NCBI RefSeq assembly: GCF_006345805.1 | Contig: NC_043004.1 | Coordinates: 67,022,001-67,086,000 of the forward strand | Length of the DNA: 64,000 nt | Source: Octopus sinensis | Lineage: Eukaryota | Direction: 5' to 3' | Shown here: piece by piece, positions 28,261 through 42,267 of the stretch | Layout of the letters: the number at the start of each line of letters is the position of its first letter | How positions within the stretch are numbered: position 1 is the stretch's first letter | Program-made: the position numbers and the translations under genes | Notes under the pieces: model-generated | Database searches by the model: none | What the model was told of the DNA's origin: nothing | Seen by the model: the letters and a program-made list of their open reading frames with translations, nothing else

Positions 28261-28514
28261 ACTTTGAAAAAATTTGCATAGTTACAGGGGGAAACTATTT
28301 TATTTAAATGCTTTGTTCATGAGAGTGTCGAAGATGCTAAGTATTATCAAACAAACAGGGCATCACAAACGTTTGATACTGTATGCAGCACTATATGGTT
28401 TTAAAAATAATTTTTCATATTTTCGCAGGATATGAGTTAAAACAGTATTCCTATCGACTTTTGTTCTGTCGTGTCATTATTTCACCAGGTATACGGATAG
28501 ATTTTTTTTTTGTT

Positions 28515-28757
28515 TCCTGGCTTCTTGGCGTATAGGTTTCCTACCTCGCCGGGAGGCGGGTCTGTCGCAGATGAGCTGCAAGATGCTGGAGGAAAGAGTG
28601 AGAGAAAGTTATGGCGAAAGAGTCAGCAGAAGTTCGCCATTATCTTCTGCCGGAGCAACGTGGAGCTTAGGTGTTTTCGCTCATAAACACACACATCGCC
28701 CGGTCTGAGATTCGAAGCCGCGACCGCGAGTCCGCTGCTCTAACCACTAGGCCGTGT
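28515..28757 (-). mobile_element. tRNA-derived SINE, family C
   Basis: Minus strand head CGGCCTAGTGGTTAGAGCAGCGGACTCGCGG..TTCGAATC with A/B boxes, followed by a non-tRNA body. Confidence 0.7.
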
Positions 28758-30070
28758 AAATCTCCACGGATAGATTTACACCACGATGAATGATGTGCAT
28801 TCACAATATTGAAGAATGATTTATGCTATCCACTTCATTGTTTAGGATTTATAAACGAAATCTATCTTCATTCAGATTTGTTCTTGTATCTTTTCTGAGA
28901 AGTGAATTCTACAGGGGAGGTTTTAACTTTGTGCAATTTTACGCAGAATATTGAAAAGTTTCCCTTTTAACCGGCAACATTATGCTTGCTATGAACATTG
29001 GATCCTTTCTCATCGTCCAAAATGAAAATGCAAAGGAAGTCGAGAGCAATTTACGACACTACACTACAGAATATCAAGCTGTGTAGTTGTTATTAGTAAT
29101 GTGTACCAGTTTTATCCAGGCGGTCCTTAAGATCGAAAGCATTTTAATGCAGAAGGCCTTATCTTTTCAATTGTATTCTACATCTAGCGACCTCATTCTC
29201 TCTATCATGTACTTTTTAAATTTCTATTTATTAAATACACGCAATTCACGGTTTATCTCATCTATCGTATACAGGAAACCTCTACTTACAATCTCATTGA
29301 CTAAACGTTCTGTTAGACAGTTTAATTTGATATTGTGTTCAACTGTACTCAAATCGATCATCCCATCTTGTCAGACGTGTTCTATATCTGGCTACATTAT
29401 ACAATTTGTTATATTTTTAGAAAGATTTCTGCTTTTATATGCACTAATATGTGTTTCGAGTTCTCACTGTTCTTTAGAAAGGATGAAACAACCACTTAGA
29501 CATTCGTTCATTAGCTCGATGTGAGTCGACGATGTGGAGAAATTGAGGAGAATAACATACCTGTATACATGTGTTATTAAATACTTTTTCTTTTTTACTT
29601 GACACATACCGGTGAATATTGTACAGAAGGGGGCAGAATGTAGGATATTAATTAAAGTGTTTCACACGTGCCGAATATCCGTATTGGTAGAGTAATGCAA
29701 AATATTAAAACACGGGCGAAATAACTTGATAATCATTGTAGCGAGAGAGATTTAAGATAAATGAGAGTAGTTTGCAAAATGTTGTGCTTTACAAATATGT
29801 TTCAGATGAGAATTTGTCACGTTCCACTATCGAAATATCCAGCATGGAAATATATTGATATCGTATCGCATGATAAGGTCACAGAGTGGTAGGTACCACG
29901 TGATAAACTTATTTCAGGCATCGGTGAAGCAAATTAATCTATATCGCGGGGCATGAATGTATCTTGTAACAAAATCGCTTCATTTCTCTATCAATCAACT
30001 CTTTATAATAATTACATATACGTAGAGAAACGAGCAAACACATGCACATTCAAAAACATATACGCTTCAT

Positions 30071-30082
30071 ATCCATCCATCC

Positions 30083-30145
<63 letters not shown>

Positions 30146-30146
30146 A

Positions 30147-30244
<98 letters not shown>

Positions 30245-30430
30245 CGATCTACCTACCTACCTACCTACCTACCTACCTACCTACCTACCTCCCTACCTAT
30301 CTATCTATCTACCACTCCCTTTTGCTCCCCCTCTCTCCCTCTCTCTCCATATAATATATGTAGAGAGAGATAGATCGATAGATAGATAGATAGATAGATA
30401 GATATATAAATAGATAGATAGATAGATGGA
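30071..30430. repeat. (TCTA)n/(CCTA)n tetranucleotide tract followed by an inverted (GATA)n tract
   Basis: Directly visible. Confidence 0.95.
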
Positions 30431-30457
30431 TATGCAATGTATATATATATATGTATG

Positions 30458-30504
<47 letters not shown>

Positions 30505-30536
30505 GTCTATATGTATATAAATATATATATGTATAT

Positions 30537-30588
<52 letters not shown>

Positions 30589-30685
30589 CATATATATGTG
30601 TATATATTATATATATATATAGAATATATATATATGGAATATATATATTTATGCATATGTATATGTATATATATATATGTATAGG

Positions 30686-30721
<36 letters not shown>

Positions 30722-31149
30722 ATATGTATATATGTATATGTATATATATATATACAGATATAGTTATAGATATAGATAGATACATACAGAGGTAGATAAG
30801 CACGCGCACGCGCGCACATACACATATACATTGGTATGTCTATGGAATTTATTACTTTTGACTAGATCTTCATTCAGTAGACAACAGTTATGTTTAGACA
30901 TCTTTAAATGATGTTAGTTATAGTTTAAGACTCAACCTAGCGGGCAATTTTTTATTTTTATGTCTTTCTTGAACTATGAAGTTGATCGTCGAGTTTTATT
31001 TACCAGCACATTATGTAAAGTAGAGACACACAATTATAATGTATATATGAGTTTATATCACAGACATAACTAAGTGTATGCATACGTGTGTTGGTGTATA
31101 TATATATATGTATGTGTGTGTGCGTGTGTGTGTATGTGTGTGTGTGTGT

Positions 31150-31292
31150 AGCTGAAATTTATTGGGAGACAAAAGACGAAGACAAGTGTATGAAGAATAT
31201 GTAGGTGTATTAGTTTGACGCTCGGGAAAGTCTTTTACGTTTCGAGCCTATAATCTTCAACAGAAAAGAATAACAGAAAATATATAGAGACA
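31150..31292 (-). mobile_element. Inverted copy of a PLE 3' terminus with HHR-like motif
   Basis: Reverse complement aligns to 32185-32335 (GAAACGT.AAA, TTCCC.AGCGT.AAACTAATACA, GTCTTC.TCTTTT). Confidence 0.65.
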
Positions 31293-31308
31293 ATTAAAAT
31301 AAACTTGT

Positions 31309-31351
<43 letters not shown>

Positions 31352-31523
31352 ATGTATATATGTATGTATATATATGTATATATATATGTATGTATATAAA
31401 TATATATATAATATATATGTATGTATATAAATATATGTATATAAAATATATACATATACATATTTATAAACATATATATATATACGTATATATACATATA
31501 TATATACATATATATATATAGAC

Positions 31524-31556
<33 letters not shown>

Positions 31557-31729
31557 ATATATATATATATATACATACATATATATATACATATACATAC
31601 ATATATATATATATAATATATATACATATATATATGCATATGTATATACATATACATATATATACATATACATATATACATATACATATATATATACATA
31701 TACATATATATACATATATATATATATAT

Positions 31730-32336
31730 TGCTGTGAACATGGATTAATTTTCGCTCTTCGATCATTTGCGCCACATGGTCCTAACACTCCTCTTCTCTT
31801 TATTTAACCTCCTCCTCTCTCCCCTTCACACCTACTTCCTCCCACCCACCTCTCCTCTCTTGCTTCGACTCTTACCTCTTCTCATCACTTCTATTCTCCT
31901 CCCAACAGCATCACACCACAGCACACACCACTACACCATACACCATCATACCACGCAACATCACATCACTTCAAACCAAACCACCTCGCACAAACTAGCA
32001 CTGACCACTTCCCAGCCCCACATCCACGCAACTAGACATACACACACGCACACATCAAGGTCACCAGCCCTCTTTCACACGCACATACATACTCTCTTAT
32101 ACACACGCACCTTCTTCTTAGTTCTTCTCTCTGACCCTTCTATCCGGCATTCTCCATGATAGATCTGTAGCTATTACACATTCTTTATTTTCTCTCCTTT
32201 CTTTCTGTGTTCCTTTCTGTTTAAGAGGGTAGGCCCGAAACGTTAAATACTTTATCACTTCCCAAGCGTTAAACTAATACATTTGTTTGTTGTCTACACC
32301 ACCCGTCTTCATCTTTTTTTTTTGTGAATTCTCCCT
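31730..32336 (+). mobile_element. PLE 3' end (Neptune/Nematis-type GIY-YIG terminus, 3' UTR, HHR-like motif)
   Basis: [17 protein letters not shown] matches the E..(W/L)I..L....P.GLN end of PLE endonucleases. HHR-like motif at 32214-32247. Flanked by (TA)n. Confidence 0.65.
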
Positions 32337-32355
32337 ATATATATATATATATATA

Positions 32356-34110
32356 TAAACTTAGATAAACTTAGATATGTTCCGACCAATGATTGGTCCA
32401 GGCCGTGTCTAAATTAATAGCACCACCTGATAGGATTATTTGAATCCTGTTTAAGTTAAGTTTTGTTTATGGTCCATTCGAGTAGTGAGTTTTTGTTGGG
32501 TGAGTTGTATCCAATTATGGGTGGCTTATCTGGTATTCCTTGAAGGAATCTATCCAGATTCCGTTTAAAGTTGATGGGATCCTGTTCCTTTTTGATCTCT
32601 TTCGGGACAATGTTTAATAGGACAGGACCTGTTGAAGAAAAGAAATTATGTTGTAATGTACATGTATGCTGTGATCTTGAATTGGGCAGGGGACGTATGA
32701 CCCGTGGTCCCAGTCTTGGATGAACCTTGAAGCTAATGTTCAGGTCGTTTGGGCAAAGGTGGCGGTATATTCTCCACATCGTACAAATTATGTACCGCTC
32801 ACGGCGACGGTGGAGAGAGTAGAGTTTCAAGGCTTTAAGGCGATCCCAATAATCGAGAGCAGCCATGCCTTCAATTCGTTTAGTGAGTGCTCTCTGGGGT
32901 GATTCAATCCTCGAGATGTTTTGTCTTGTATGGGGAGACCACAGTAGGCAGCAGTATTCGAGGTGTGGCCGTACAAAGGAGGAGAAAAGTGGTATGATGA
33001 CACCTTGTTCTCTGGACCGGAAAGTTCTTAAGATCCAGGAACTCATCCTACGAGCTATATCGACCTTCTGGTTGATGTGTTTACTCCAACTGAGATCGTC
33101 ATCAACAATTACACCCAGGTCTCTGATGTTGTTAGAGGCTGTGAGCGGTTCCCCTGAAGGAAGAGAGTATGGCTGTTTTAGTGAGGAATTTCTTCCAAAA
33201 TGCCTCAGCTCAAATTCTTCCTCGTTCAGTTGCATTTTGTTTCTGTCTGCCCATTGACTCACAGCATATAGATCAGACTGGAGTTGAGTTCGGTTTGCTT
33301 CTTCATTGATGATTTGCTGGAGCTTAGTGTCATCAGCAAATATTTTCACTTTGCAGTAATGTACGACACTGGAAAGTTCGTTTATGTAGATTATGAAGAG
33401 TAGCGGACCCAAGACAGTCCCCTGGGGGACACCGCTGGTGAATTTTGCCGGGCTTGAGTGGACTCCATTAACTACAACGTGTTGAGTTCTATTCGCCAGG
33501 AAATACTTGATCCAGTGTAGAACTTTTCCACGGATTCCAACATTTGCCAATTTTGAGAGTAGGATATTATGGTCTACCCTGTCGAACGCTTTACTGATGT
33601 CAAGATATATGACATCAGAATTCGAACCTGTTCCCAAGGTTTTGAGTACATCTTCAATGTGGTGTAAGAGCTGTGTTAAACAGTCCCTGTCACAGCGAAA
33701 GCCATGCTGATTTGCATTTAGGAGTTTGTGGGTCTCCAGGAAGTCAGCTATCCTTGATCAACACTCTTTCAAACACTTTGATGATGTGGGAGGTGAGTGA
33801 GATTGGGCGATAGTTGAGTGCGAGGGATCTGTTTCCCTGTTTGAAAACCGGGATGACAGACTGAAATAAGAGATGTTTCGGTATATAATCTGCGTCTAAC
33901 GACTGCAAGTTGGTGTCTACATTCCTTCAGGAGACTAGCGGAGAATCTATCAGATCCTACAGCAGAGTAGTATTTGACCTCATTTATTGCTGCTTTGATG
34001 TCAGTGGCAGTGAAGGTTATGTCAGATTTTATGTTCAGAGTCAACTTCGTTCACTTCTCTTACGTCAATATCAGTGGGAACACTAAAGACAGAGCAGTAT
34101 TGTTTCTGCA
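32356..34110 (-). mobile_element. 5'-truncated CR1-group LINE
   Basis: RT ORF plus upstream frameshifted pieces (LQKQYCSVFS, NYRPISLTSHIIKVFE); 3' stem-loop and tandem tail (ATCTAAGTTT)x2. Confidence 0.9.
32456..33757 (-). CDS. LINE ORF2 reverse transcriptase and C-terminal region (fragment)
   Basis: QHGFR, YLDISKAFDRVDH, SGVPQGTVLGPLLF, FADD, RDLGV and RPHLEY in one open frame, which extends about 40 codons upstream of the listed start. Confidence 0.92.
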   Translation of the reverse strand, partial: SRIADFLETHKLLNANQHGFRCDRDCLTQLLHHIEDVLKTLGTGSNSDVIYLDISKAFDRVDHNILLSKLANVGIRGKVLHWIKYFLANRTQHVVVNGVHSSPAKFTSGVPQGTVLGPLLFIIYINELSSVVHYCKVKIFADDTKLQQIINEEANRTQLQSDLYAVSQWADRNKMQLNEEEFELRHFGRNSSLKQPYSLPSGEPLTASNNIRDLGVIVDDDLSWSKHINQKVDIARRMSSWILRTFRSREQGVIIPLFSSFVRPHLEYCCLLWSPHTRQNISRIESPQRALTKRIEGMAALDYWDRLKALKLYSLHRRRERYIICTMWRIYRHLCPNDLNISFKVHPRLGPRVIRPLPNSRSQHTCTLQHNFFSSTGPVLLNIVPKEIKKEQDPINFKRNLDRFLQGIPDKPPIIGYNSPNKNSLLEWTINKT

Positions 34111-34334
34111 ATATATATAAATTTTTGTTAGGCAAGAATGTTGTTGTTAATGATTTCGCAGTTTCAGCCAGCTAAACGTCGTTGAACGATGAGTTAGCTG
34201 ATCACAACCCCGAAGTCACTGTGGGCAATATTTCTGCTTAAGATAAATGAACCTGTACTCGACAAAATTATAGAATAATCCACCAGCTTTATGTAAAGTT
34301 ATTTTTATTATATAACTAAACAAGAGCGAACAAT

Positions 34335-34480
34335 ATTGGTGGGTGTCTCGTAAGGAGCTTGTGTCCTAACCACATAGTTCCTGGTTCAGTCCCTCTGTGT
34401 CGCATCTTTGGCAAGTGTCTTCTACTATTGCCTCGGGCTATCCACAGGATTTAGTAGACAGAAAGAGAAAGACACCCGTC
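34335..34480 (+). mobile_element. SINE family B, 5' half
   Basis: AACCACATAGTTCCTGGTTCAGTCCC..GGCAAGTGTCTTCTACTAT matches 27880-28010. Confidence 0.7.
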
Positions 34481-34762
34481 ATATTTATATATGTATATAT
34501 ATTTATATATATGTATGTATATATATATATATGTATATATATGTATCTATATATATATGTATTTATATATATATATATATATATTTATGTATGTATATAT
34601 ATATATGTATGTATGTATTTCACAAAAAATAAACAAAAGACGAAGACTGGTCTCTCCTCAAGAAGAGCAGTTTGATATCAGCTTTCATATGTTGGGCTAC
34701 ATACATCAATAACTTCGTATGATTTCTATCAAATCGAACTACTTCCTAGTTTGTTTGTAAGG

Positions 34763-34826
<64 letters not shown>

Positions 34827-34849
34827 GTTGTTGTTGTCGTCATTTTTAA

Positions 34850-35060
34850 GGCGGTGATCTGGCACAATCATCAGCACGACGGGCGAAATGTTTAGCGGTA
34901 TTTCGTTCTTCTTTATATTCTCATTTCAAATTCTGTCGATGTCGACTTTGCTTTTCATCCTTTCGATGTGGTCACCTGTTGTGAACCAGAAGTTGATGTA
35001 ATCGTCTGTCCCCCGCCGCCAATTTTCAAGCCTTGCGCCTTTTGTAGAAAGAATTGTTAT
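34850..35060 (+). mobile_element. SINE family A
   Basis: Collinear with 5034-5150. Confidence 0.75.
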
Positions 35061-35784
35061 CCTTCGGGTTCCATCTTTGTATGTGGTAGAGGGAATTACA
35101 AACACAAGCGTTAAATATCTCCAGGCAGTCGCATGCATAATCTCGATTTTGTTTCGCTTGTTATCCACTTGGTCGTAATTTTCGACTGGTATATATTTCG
35201 GGTACCTTATATTTTGGAGAAAATGATCTTGATTTATGTTTCCAGAGCTAAATGTTGGACATCAAGTAAATTCGATGTTGAAGTTGAAAAATATAACTTG
35301 AAAGAATAGAGCTGAATAGAAGACACATTGCATATTTTAGTGTAGTTTATGGAATTCTTATGATATGCAAGTATCTTAAGTAGAAGGAAGATATTGTGAA
35401 TAATACTTGTTGTTGTATATCTTCAAAGGTAGGATTTCGCGAACTCACATCTTTTACATGAAAATGTAAATGATGTCTTGGCGATATTGCAATAATGTAC
35501 AGAAGGCAACAGCGTACTGTGAAATTTTTCAGGCTGAGGAATTATACAGTACCTCCAGATATTAAAAATAAAAGGTGTACAGGCAAAAAAGAATAAACGA
35601 AATAGAAATTTTTTAAATCAAATCCCTGTAAGTGATATTTTTAAACACATCTTTGCCCTCTGAATTCTTGAATATATTTGTATAAGTTTTGAAAAATCAC
35701 AGCCACACAAGAATTACAATAATAAACAAGCAACCAAAAATCTGTTTTGGATTATGCTGTAGTTACAGATATGGAATTGCACAC

Positions 35785-35935
35785 TACAGAAGAGGCTTAA
35801 CAAGAGTAGACGAATGTGTACAGATGGAAAGAAAAAGTCCAATAGAGTATTTACAGAGGAGCACAGAAAAACAACTGGAGGCAGTTAATAAAGAATATGT
35901 GATGAAGCACATAATAGGAGCAAAGGAGCAAAGGG
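35785..35935 (+). mobile_element. Probable R4/Dong internal fragment
   Basis: RRGLTRVDECVQMERKSPIEYLQRSTEKQLEAV resembles the post-RT GGRGL..V.DCV..E...L..Y...S.E.LL.AV segment of R4/Dong proteins (recalled consensus). Confidence 0.45.
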
Positions 35936-36858
35936 CTAATATTTCCTTCAAATTTTATTTTCGTTCTTCAGACACAAAGAACCCCTCTCAACGAATGGTT
36001 ATGATGCACCGCCACTACTCTTGCTCATCGTCAGAGATTCACATAATGTCAGTCACTAAAGGGGCATGCTCATCTAGGTATGGTCAAGCCACGGACAATC
36101 AAATCTGCTGTACTCAGCAGAATGTTTGGTATATTGATATTTCTGTTTCAGCAACTGTTTGATGCAAAATAGTTCAGTTTCGAAACATTGATGTCAAGGT
36201 TACAAAAGCAAAGTATGAAGGGAATAATAGTCATTTTAAAAAAGTTTCTAGATAGAAGCAAATAGGAAGAATCACTTATAGTCAAAAGGCAAGAAAGATT
36301 GTTATTCGCTTTGTATGTTGTCTAGAATGTTATGTAATATGGGATTTGTGTATTTTATATATTTAGCCCGCAAAAAGAGATTGGGTTTGAAAAATAGATT
36401 CAAATTATTTTTATGATATTTTGTAAATGGTTAAAGATTTTCTAGTCTTGAAAATAACCTGAAGAAGAAAATCATGATTTGAGATATGTTGAATAGTTAT
36501 TCACTAGAGTGTACATAATTACACCAGAATAGAATAAAATCACATGCAGTATAGTGAAGAAGCGGAAACCTACTAACTTTTTTTTTTCAGAACCCGAAAT
36601 TTAGTAGAAGAAAACGAAATCATACAGAAATCATACAGACCTTCATTTTTTCTTTTACCAAATTTGATCCGCGGTGTTATTTACACAACAATAATTGTTG
36701 GGTGTGGATCTTGTGGATAGGAAGAGGAAAATGTTAAAACACATATCCCACTCATAATATGGCGGAATATATTACATATCATAAAAGATAACTTTTACAA
36801 TGCAAAACATATATAGAAACGCATATGTGCAAGTGCATGTCCACACACATGCAAACAT

Positions 36859-36895
<37 letters not shown>

Positions 36896-36906
36896 CATAA
36901 ATACAG

Positions 36907-36962
<56 letters not shown>

Positions 36963-37511
36963 ACACATATATATATATGTTTAAAGATGAAAACGCGTAG
37001 TTAATTATGCACATGTACACTGCTTGCCATAAAGGAAACACACTTATTTGTATGAGTTACACAAATTTCAGTATACGTTTATATGTACGTGTGTATTTGC
37101 GTTTGCGTTTGTCTGTATATGTGTGTTTGCGTGCTGTGAGTTTTCATGTACATACTCACACGCACACACACATACACACACAAAAACAGACACCCACGTA
37201 CCCACTTACACACATATGTATAGAGTATTTCCAGAGGAGCACAAAAAAACTACTGGAGGCAGTTAATAAAGAATATGTGATGAAGCACGTAATAGGATCA
37301 AAGGAGCAAGGGGCTAATATTTCCTTCAAATTTTATTTTCGTTCTTCAGACACAAAGAACCCCTTTCAACAAATGGTTATGATGCACCGCCACTACTCTT
37401 GCTCATCGTCAGAGATTCACATAATGTCAGTCACTAAAGGGGCATGCTCATCTAGGTATGGTCAAGCCACGGACAATCAAATCTGCTGTACTCAGCAGAA
37501 TGTTTGGTATA
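35842..37511 (+). repeat. Direct duplication, ~290 bp (35842-36131 and 37220-37511)
   Basis: Near-identical copies with a few substitutions. Confidence 0.95.
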
Positions 37512-37547
37512 TGATATTTTGTTATATTTCTGTATATTTCTATAAAT

Positions 37548-37591
<44 letters not shown>

Positions 37592-38050
37592 TGTATGTGT
37601 GTGTGGTGTGTGTGTGTGTGTGTGTGGTGTGTGTGTGTATAACATGAAAACACAACAACGCGAGGACGTGGAACAAGTATAGTGTTACTGGACGCTAAAG
37701 AAAGGAAAGAAAGGAGGAGGATCTGACGTTTCGTGCGGAGCTCTTCGTCAGAATAATATATATATATACATATGTGCGTGACTGAGTGTGTATCGTTGGC
37801 GATCTTTTTCCTCCGTCTTCCCTTCCTTGGATCTTTCCTTTTCCTATTATTCTGACGAAGAGGTACGCTCGAAACGTCAGATCCTCCTTCTTTGTCTTCT
37901 TTCCTGAGCGTCCAGTAACACTATACTTGTTCCACGACCTCGCGTTGTTGTGTTTTCATGTTTAGATTAACTATATATATATATATATAAATATATATAT
38001 ATTCTTTTACTCGTTTCAGACATGCGGCTGCGGTCATGCGGGCATATGTA

Positions 38051-38102
<52 letters not shown>

Positions 38103-38773
38103 ATTATAGTGTAGTAAATATACAGTATGTATATACATACATAGGGTAAAATATAAAAGTTCAAATATGTATCAATAAGGCACTGTTACACGCGTGCTAA
38201 CAGTTCCGGTCTAGTAAAACACAAAAATATATTATTACTATGATTACAAGGCACCACTATTTTCAGAAATTCTTGTAAGATTTGAGATGCCGATGTAGTA
38301 TTATTATCAAATACCTGAAAATTGATAGTCACGATTTTTGAAAACGTATAATTTGGGAAAAATAGAAGGAACTATAAATGTCATATATGCTCGCTTCAAT
38401 TACTACCTCCTCTAATTCTGAACTAGGATGTCAGTAGATAGTCATAACATATGTTGGTGTGGTGCTAGTCTTGATGGATTTACAGCCAAATAAAATGATG
38501 GGTGCTTAATAAGTCTGTACATGAGTGAATAGCATATGTTTGTGAGAGTCCAGGTCTATCTCTGCACATGTGTATGTGTGTGTGTGTGTGTGTGTGGTGT
38601 GAAAATGTGTACGCGTGTATGAAGATTTAATGCACTGGAATATGAGACTGCATACACGTGTTTATGTGCAGATGTCCATCATTACACCATAACCTTATAA
38701 CATCACATGTATTTGTCCTCATATATGTATGAATATATAGATTTATATATATGTATATATATATATATATATC

Positions 38774-38818
<45 letters not shown>

Positions 38819-39268
38819 CCTATCCATATATATATATATATGTATGTATGGTATGTATATATGAGCTTATAAAATATATATATACAGTTCTTTATGTAAT
38901 TATATAATTACAAATTCTGCTGAAATCTATACCTATCTAATTATATCTACACACACAGACACACACACATACACACACACAGAAACACACATAGATAGAT
39001 AGATAAATAGATGGATAAATAGATAGATATATGTACATACGCATTTATAGACACATATACAAACATAACTACATACAATATATATATATTATATATATAT
39101 ATATACCAGCACACACATATGTAGCACACCGAAAAACTAGAATTGGCGGCAGTCTACACTTCTGGAAATCGCATTTCGTTCTCTAAAATTTCATAACATA
39201 CATATAACATACATACATTCATACATACATATATATATATATACATACATATATAAATGCATACATAT

Positions 39269-39329
<61 letters not shown>

Positions 39330-40022
39330 CATACATAATGTTACATACAGATAGAGAGCGAGAGGAGGAGAGAGAGAGTAAAGGGAGAGAGAGAGAGTAG
39401 AATTAGTGAGGAAAAAATGTCCTGTCGTTCACGGTATTATGCAGGCAAATTAACCAGACAGTCTGCGCAACTGACTATAGCCACAGTAAAACCAATGTCA
39501 ACGCATGATTAAAAAAAAAGTAGGACATCAATTCATACTAGCTCACTCTTTTATAAATTGCAATCACATAAGTTAATCTTGTGTATGATATCAAAGGGAA
39601 TCCAATCAAAACGTCTGTTCATGAGGAGGAGAACTTGTAATCCTCTCGGAGATTTCTTTTTGTGAACAACCATGCATTATTTATAATCCAGTGAAACGTA
39701 AGTCTCATTTACTTCGCAACCAATCTAAACGCCGGGAACGAAACGTCTAATTTATCTATTTACTGCATTCAATGGACATTCTTGATATATTTGGGATTTG
39801 AAGATTCCTAAAGTCCTGAATGGAATTGTCTTCTTCAGCCTGTTAATTGCCAGGTTAGATTCGTGGAAATGTGGCGTGCTTTCAATAAAATCTGCAATAT
39901 ACACATACTTACATACATACACACACACTAACATATATATGCAGATACACACACACACACATAGATTCGTGTATATATATATATATATATATATAGTTAT
40001 ACGCAAAAACATACACACACAA

Positions 40023-40107
<85 letters not shown>

Positions 40108-40695
40108 ATGTATACAAACACACATATACGTCGGCAATATTAGTTTGACTCTGATAAATATACACGACCGAATACGTTAATATATAAGTGAACATGTATG
40201 ATTAACATTTATTGACCTCATTTTGTTACCTGCAAATCTTATATATATATATATAGATGTGTGTGTATATATTAATATATATAAATGTGTATGTCTCTGT
40301 GTGTATAGAGATATAGATAGATATATAGATAGATAGATATATAGATAGATAGATGTACACTTAATTAATTGCTTTAAGTTTCCTAAAAGGTATGTCCATG
40401 CATGTGTAATGAAGTAAATTGTATTTGTGAGAATGCCTACATGGCCTTTAAGATATGCGACTATGTCACTCTCCATGTTCATGGATTATATATTAGAAGG
40501 TTTAACGATGGGAACGCGTAGTTAATTATGTACATGTACACTGCTTGCCATAAAAGAGACACACTTATTTGTATAATGAGTTACACAAATTTCAATATAT
40601 GTTAATATGAGCGTATGTGTATATATTTGTGTTTGTCTGTATATGTGTGTGTGTTTGTGTGCTGTGCGTTTTCATGTACATACTCACACACGCAT
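36979..40695 (+). repeat. Direct duplication, ~190 bp (36979-37165 and 40500-40695)
   Basis: Both copies contain AACGCGTAGTTAATTATG.ACATGTACACTGCTTGCCATAAA..ATGAGTTACACAAATTTCA. Confidence 0.9.
37641..37962. mobile_element. PLE-like inverted repeat (~118-bp arms) with a minimal HHR in each arm
   Basis: Arms 37641-37758 and 37845-37962. Plus strand CUGACGA A GAG GUACG CUC GAAA CG UC at 37852-37878; mirror copy CUGACGA A GAGC UCC GCAC GAAA CG UC. Confidence 0.75.
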
Positions 40696-41087
40696 ACATA
40701 TGCACTTATACACGTATGTATATAATTCTACTTTTGCTTTCAGCTACAGGTGGTGCCATGCTACAGCACCGCCATTAGCTTTCATTCTCGCTTATTTTTA
40801 CAAATCTTCGTTTTGAAGTATTAAGTGTGACACCGACAGCAATAAACCCTTTGCGTTTCTTGCAGTCGTGTTAATTTTTCTGCTGTATTAGATACAACTT
40901 TGCCTAATTGCTCCTTCAGCACATCGCCCCTTTTAAGTGCTAAAGCAGAAATGTCAGATAACTTAAAAGACATTATGTTAGTATTACATAAACATGTTCA
41001 TATAATACCAGGGACGCACGTTGGTCTTAGTTATATAATTCGTGTAACGTATGTGTTCGTGTATAAAATACACACACACACACACAC

Positions 41088-41147
<60 letters not shown>

Positions 41148-41209
41148 GTGTGTGTGTGTGTGTGTGGTGTGTGTGTGTGGTGTTTGTGTGAGTGTGTGTG
41201 TATACTTTC

Positions 41210-41400
41210 TTTTATTCTTTTATTTATTGCAGTCATTTGACTGCGGTCATGCTGAAGCACAGCCTTTAGTCGTGCAAATCGACCCCAGGACTTAAATTTT
41301 CTCTCAGTTGCTTTTCGCCGAAACGCTAAGTTACGGGGACGTAAACATACCAACATCGGTTGTCAAGCGATATTGGGATAAAGTACAGACACAAACACAC

Positions 41401-41480
<80 letters not shown>

Positions 41481-41643
41481 CTACGGGTTCTTTCATTTTC
41501 TGTAAACCATAATCCACACACAGGGCTTCGGTCGGCCCGAGGCCAGAGTAGAAGACACCTGCCCAAGGTACCACGCAGTGGGACTGAACCCGAAACCACG
41601 AGGCTGGTAAGCAAGCTACTTAGCACGCAGCCACCCCTGCGCC
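41210..41643 (-). mobile_element. SINE family B
   Basis: Reverse complement of 27868-28260 with a small internal deletion. Confidence 0.85.
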
Positions 41644-42267
41644 TATATATATATATTATATCTTAACCATTGCCGATACACAGTGTATATGCTTTGTTTA
41701 CACACCGAATTTGTTGCGAGATAGAGTTCCACGAAAGCTTCCCGCACAACGCCGGTTGTTAAAGAACACCTGAATGTCACAGAGCAGGAGATACACCTTA
41801 CTTCAAAACCATGGAAAATGATAGAAGATGGTATTGCGCCACGAGCATGGCTTACCACTATCATGTGCAGAGATTGTCTCGAAACAAACTGAATATTTGA
41901 AAAGTGACTTATTTGAAAATAGGGCGAAGTCTAATTGCTGATGTGCTGCGGCGTACAAGGTGAAAGTAGAGTAAACTACGATTTGGAAGCAGCTTCAGTG
42001 ACGTAAAGCTCTGGATCATAGAAGCGTAGTTTATGTGTAATGTTAGTATATCTGTAAAATGGGAAGTATAGGAAATATGGGAAGTATAGACCGAAATAAA
42101 AAAATAAATATCGAAATAAAAATAGAAATAAAATAATAAAAATGGAAATCGGTTGTTTCATTATCCAAGAAATATGTGGTGAAGAATGGTATGTAAGTTC
42201 CGATAGGAGTTACTATTTTATTACATATGGATACTGTGCAGTTCTTTCTATTTAACTCTCTCACATC

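Noticed and set aside
28690-28757. tRNA gene
   Set aside because: A/B boxes are present but there is no complete cloverleaf and it continues into a SINE body. The same applies to the other SINE heads.
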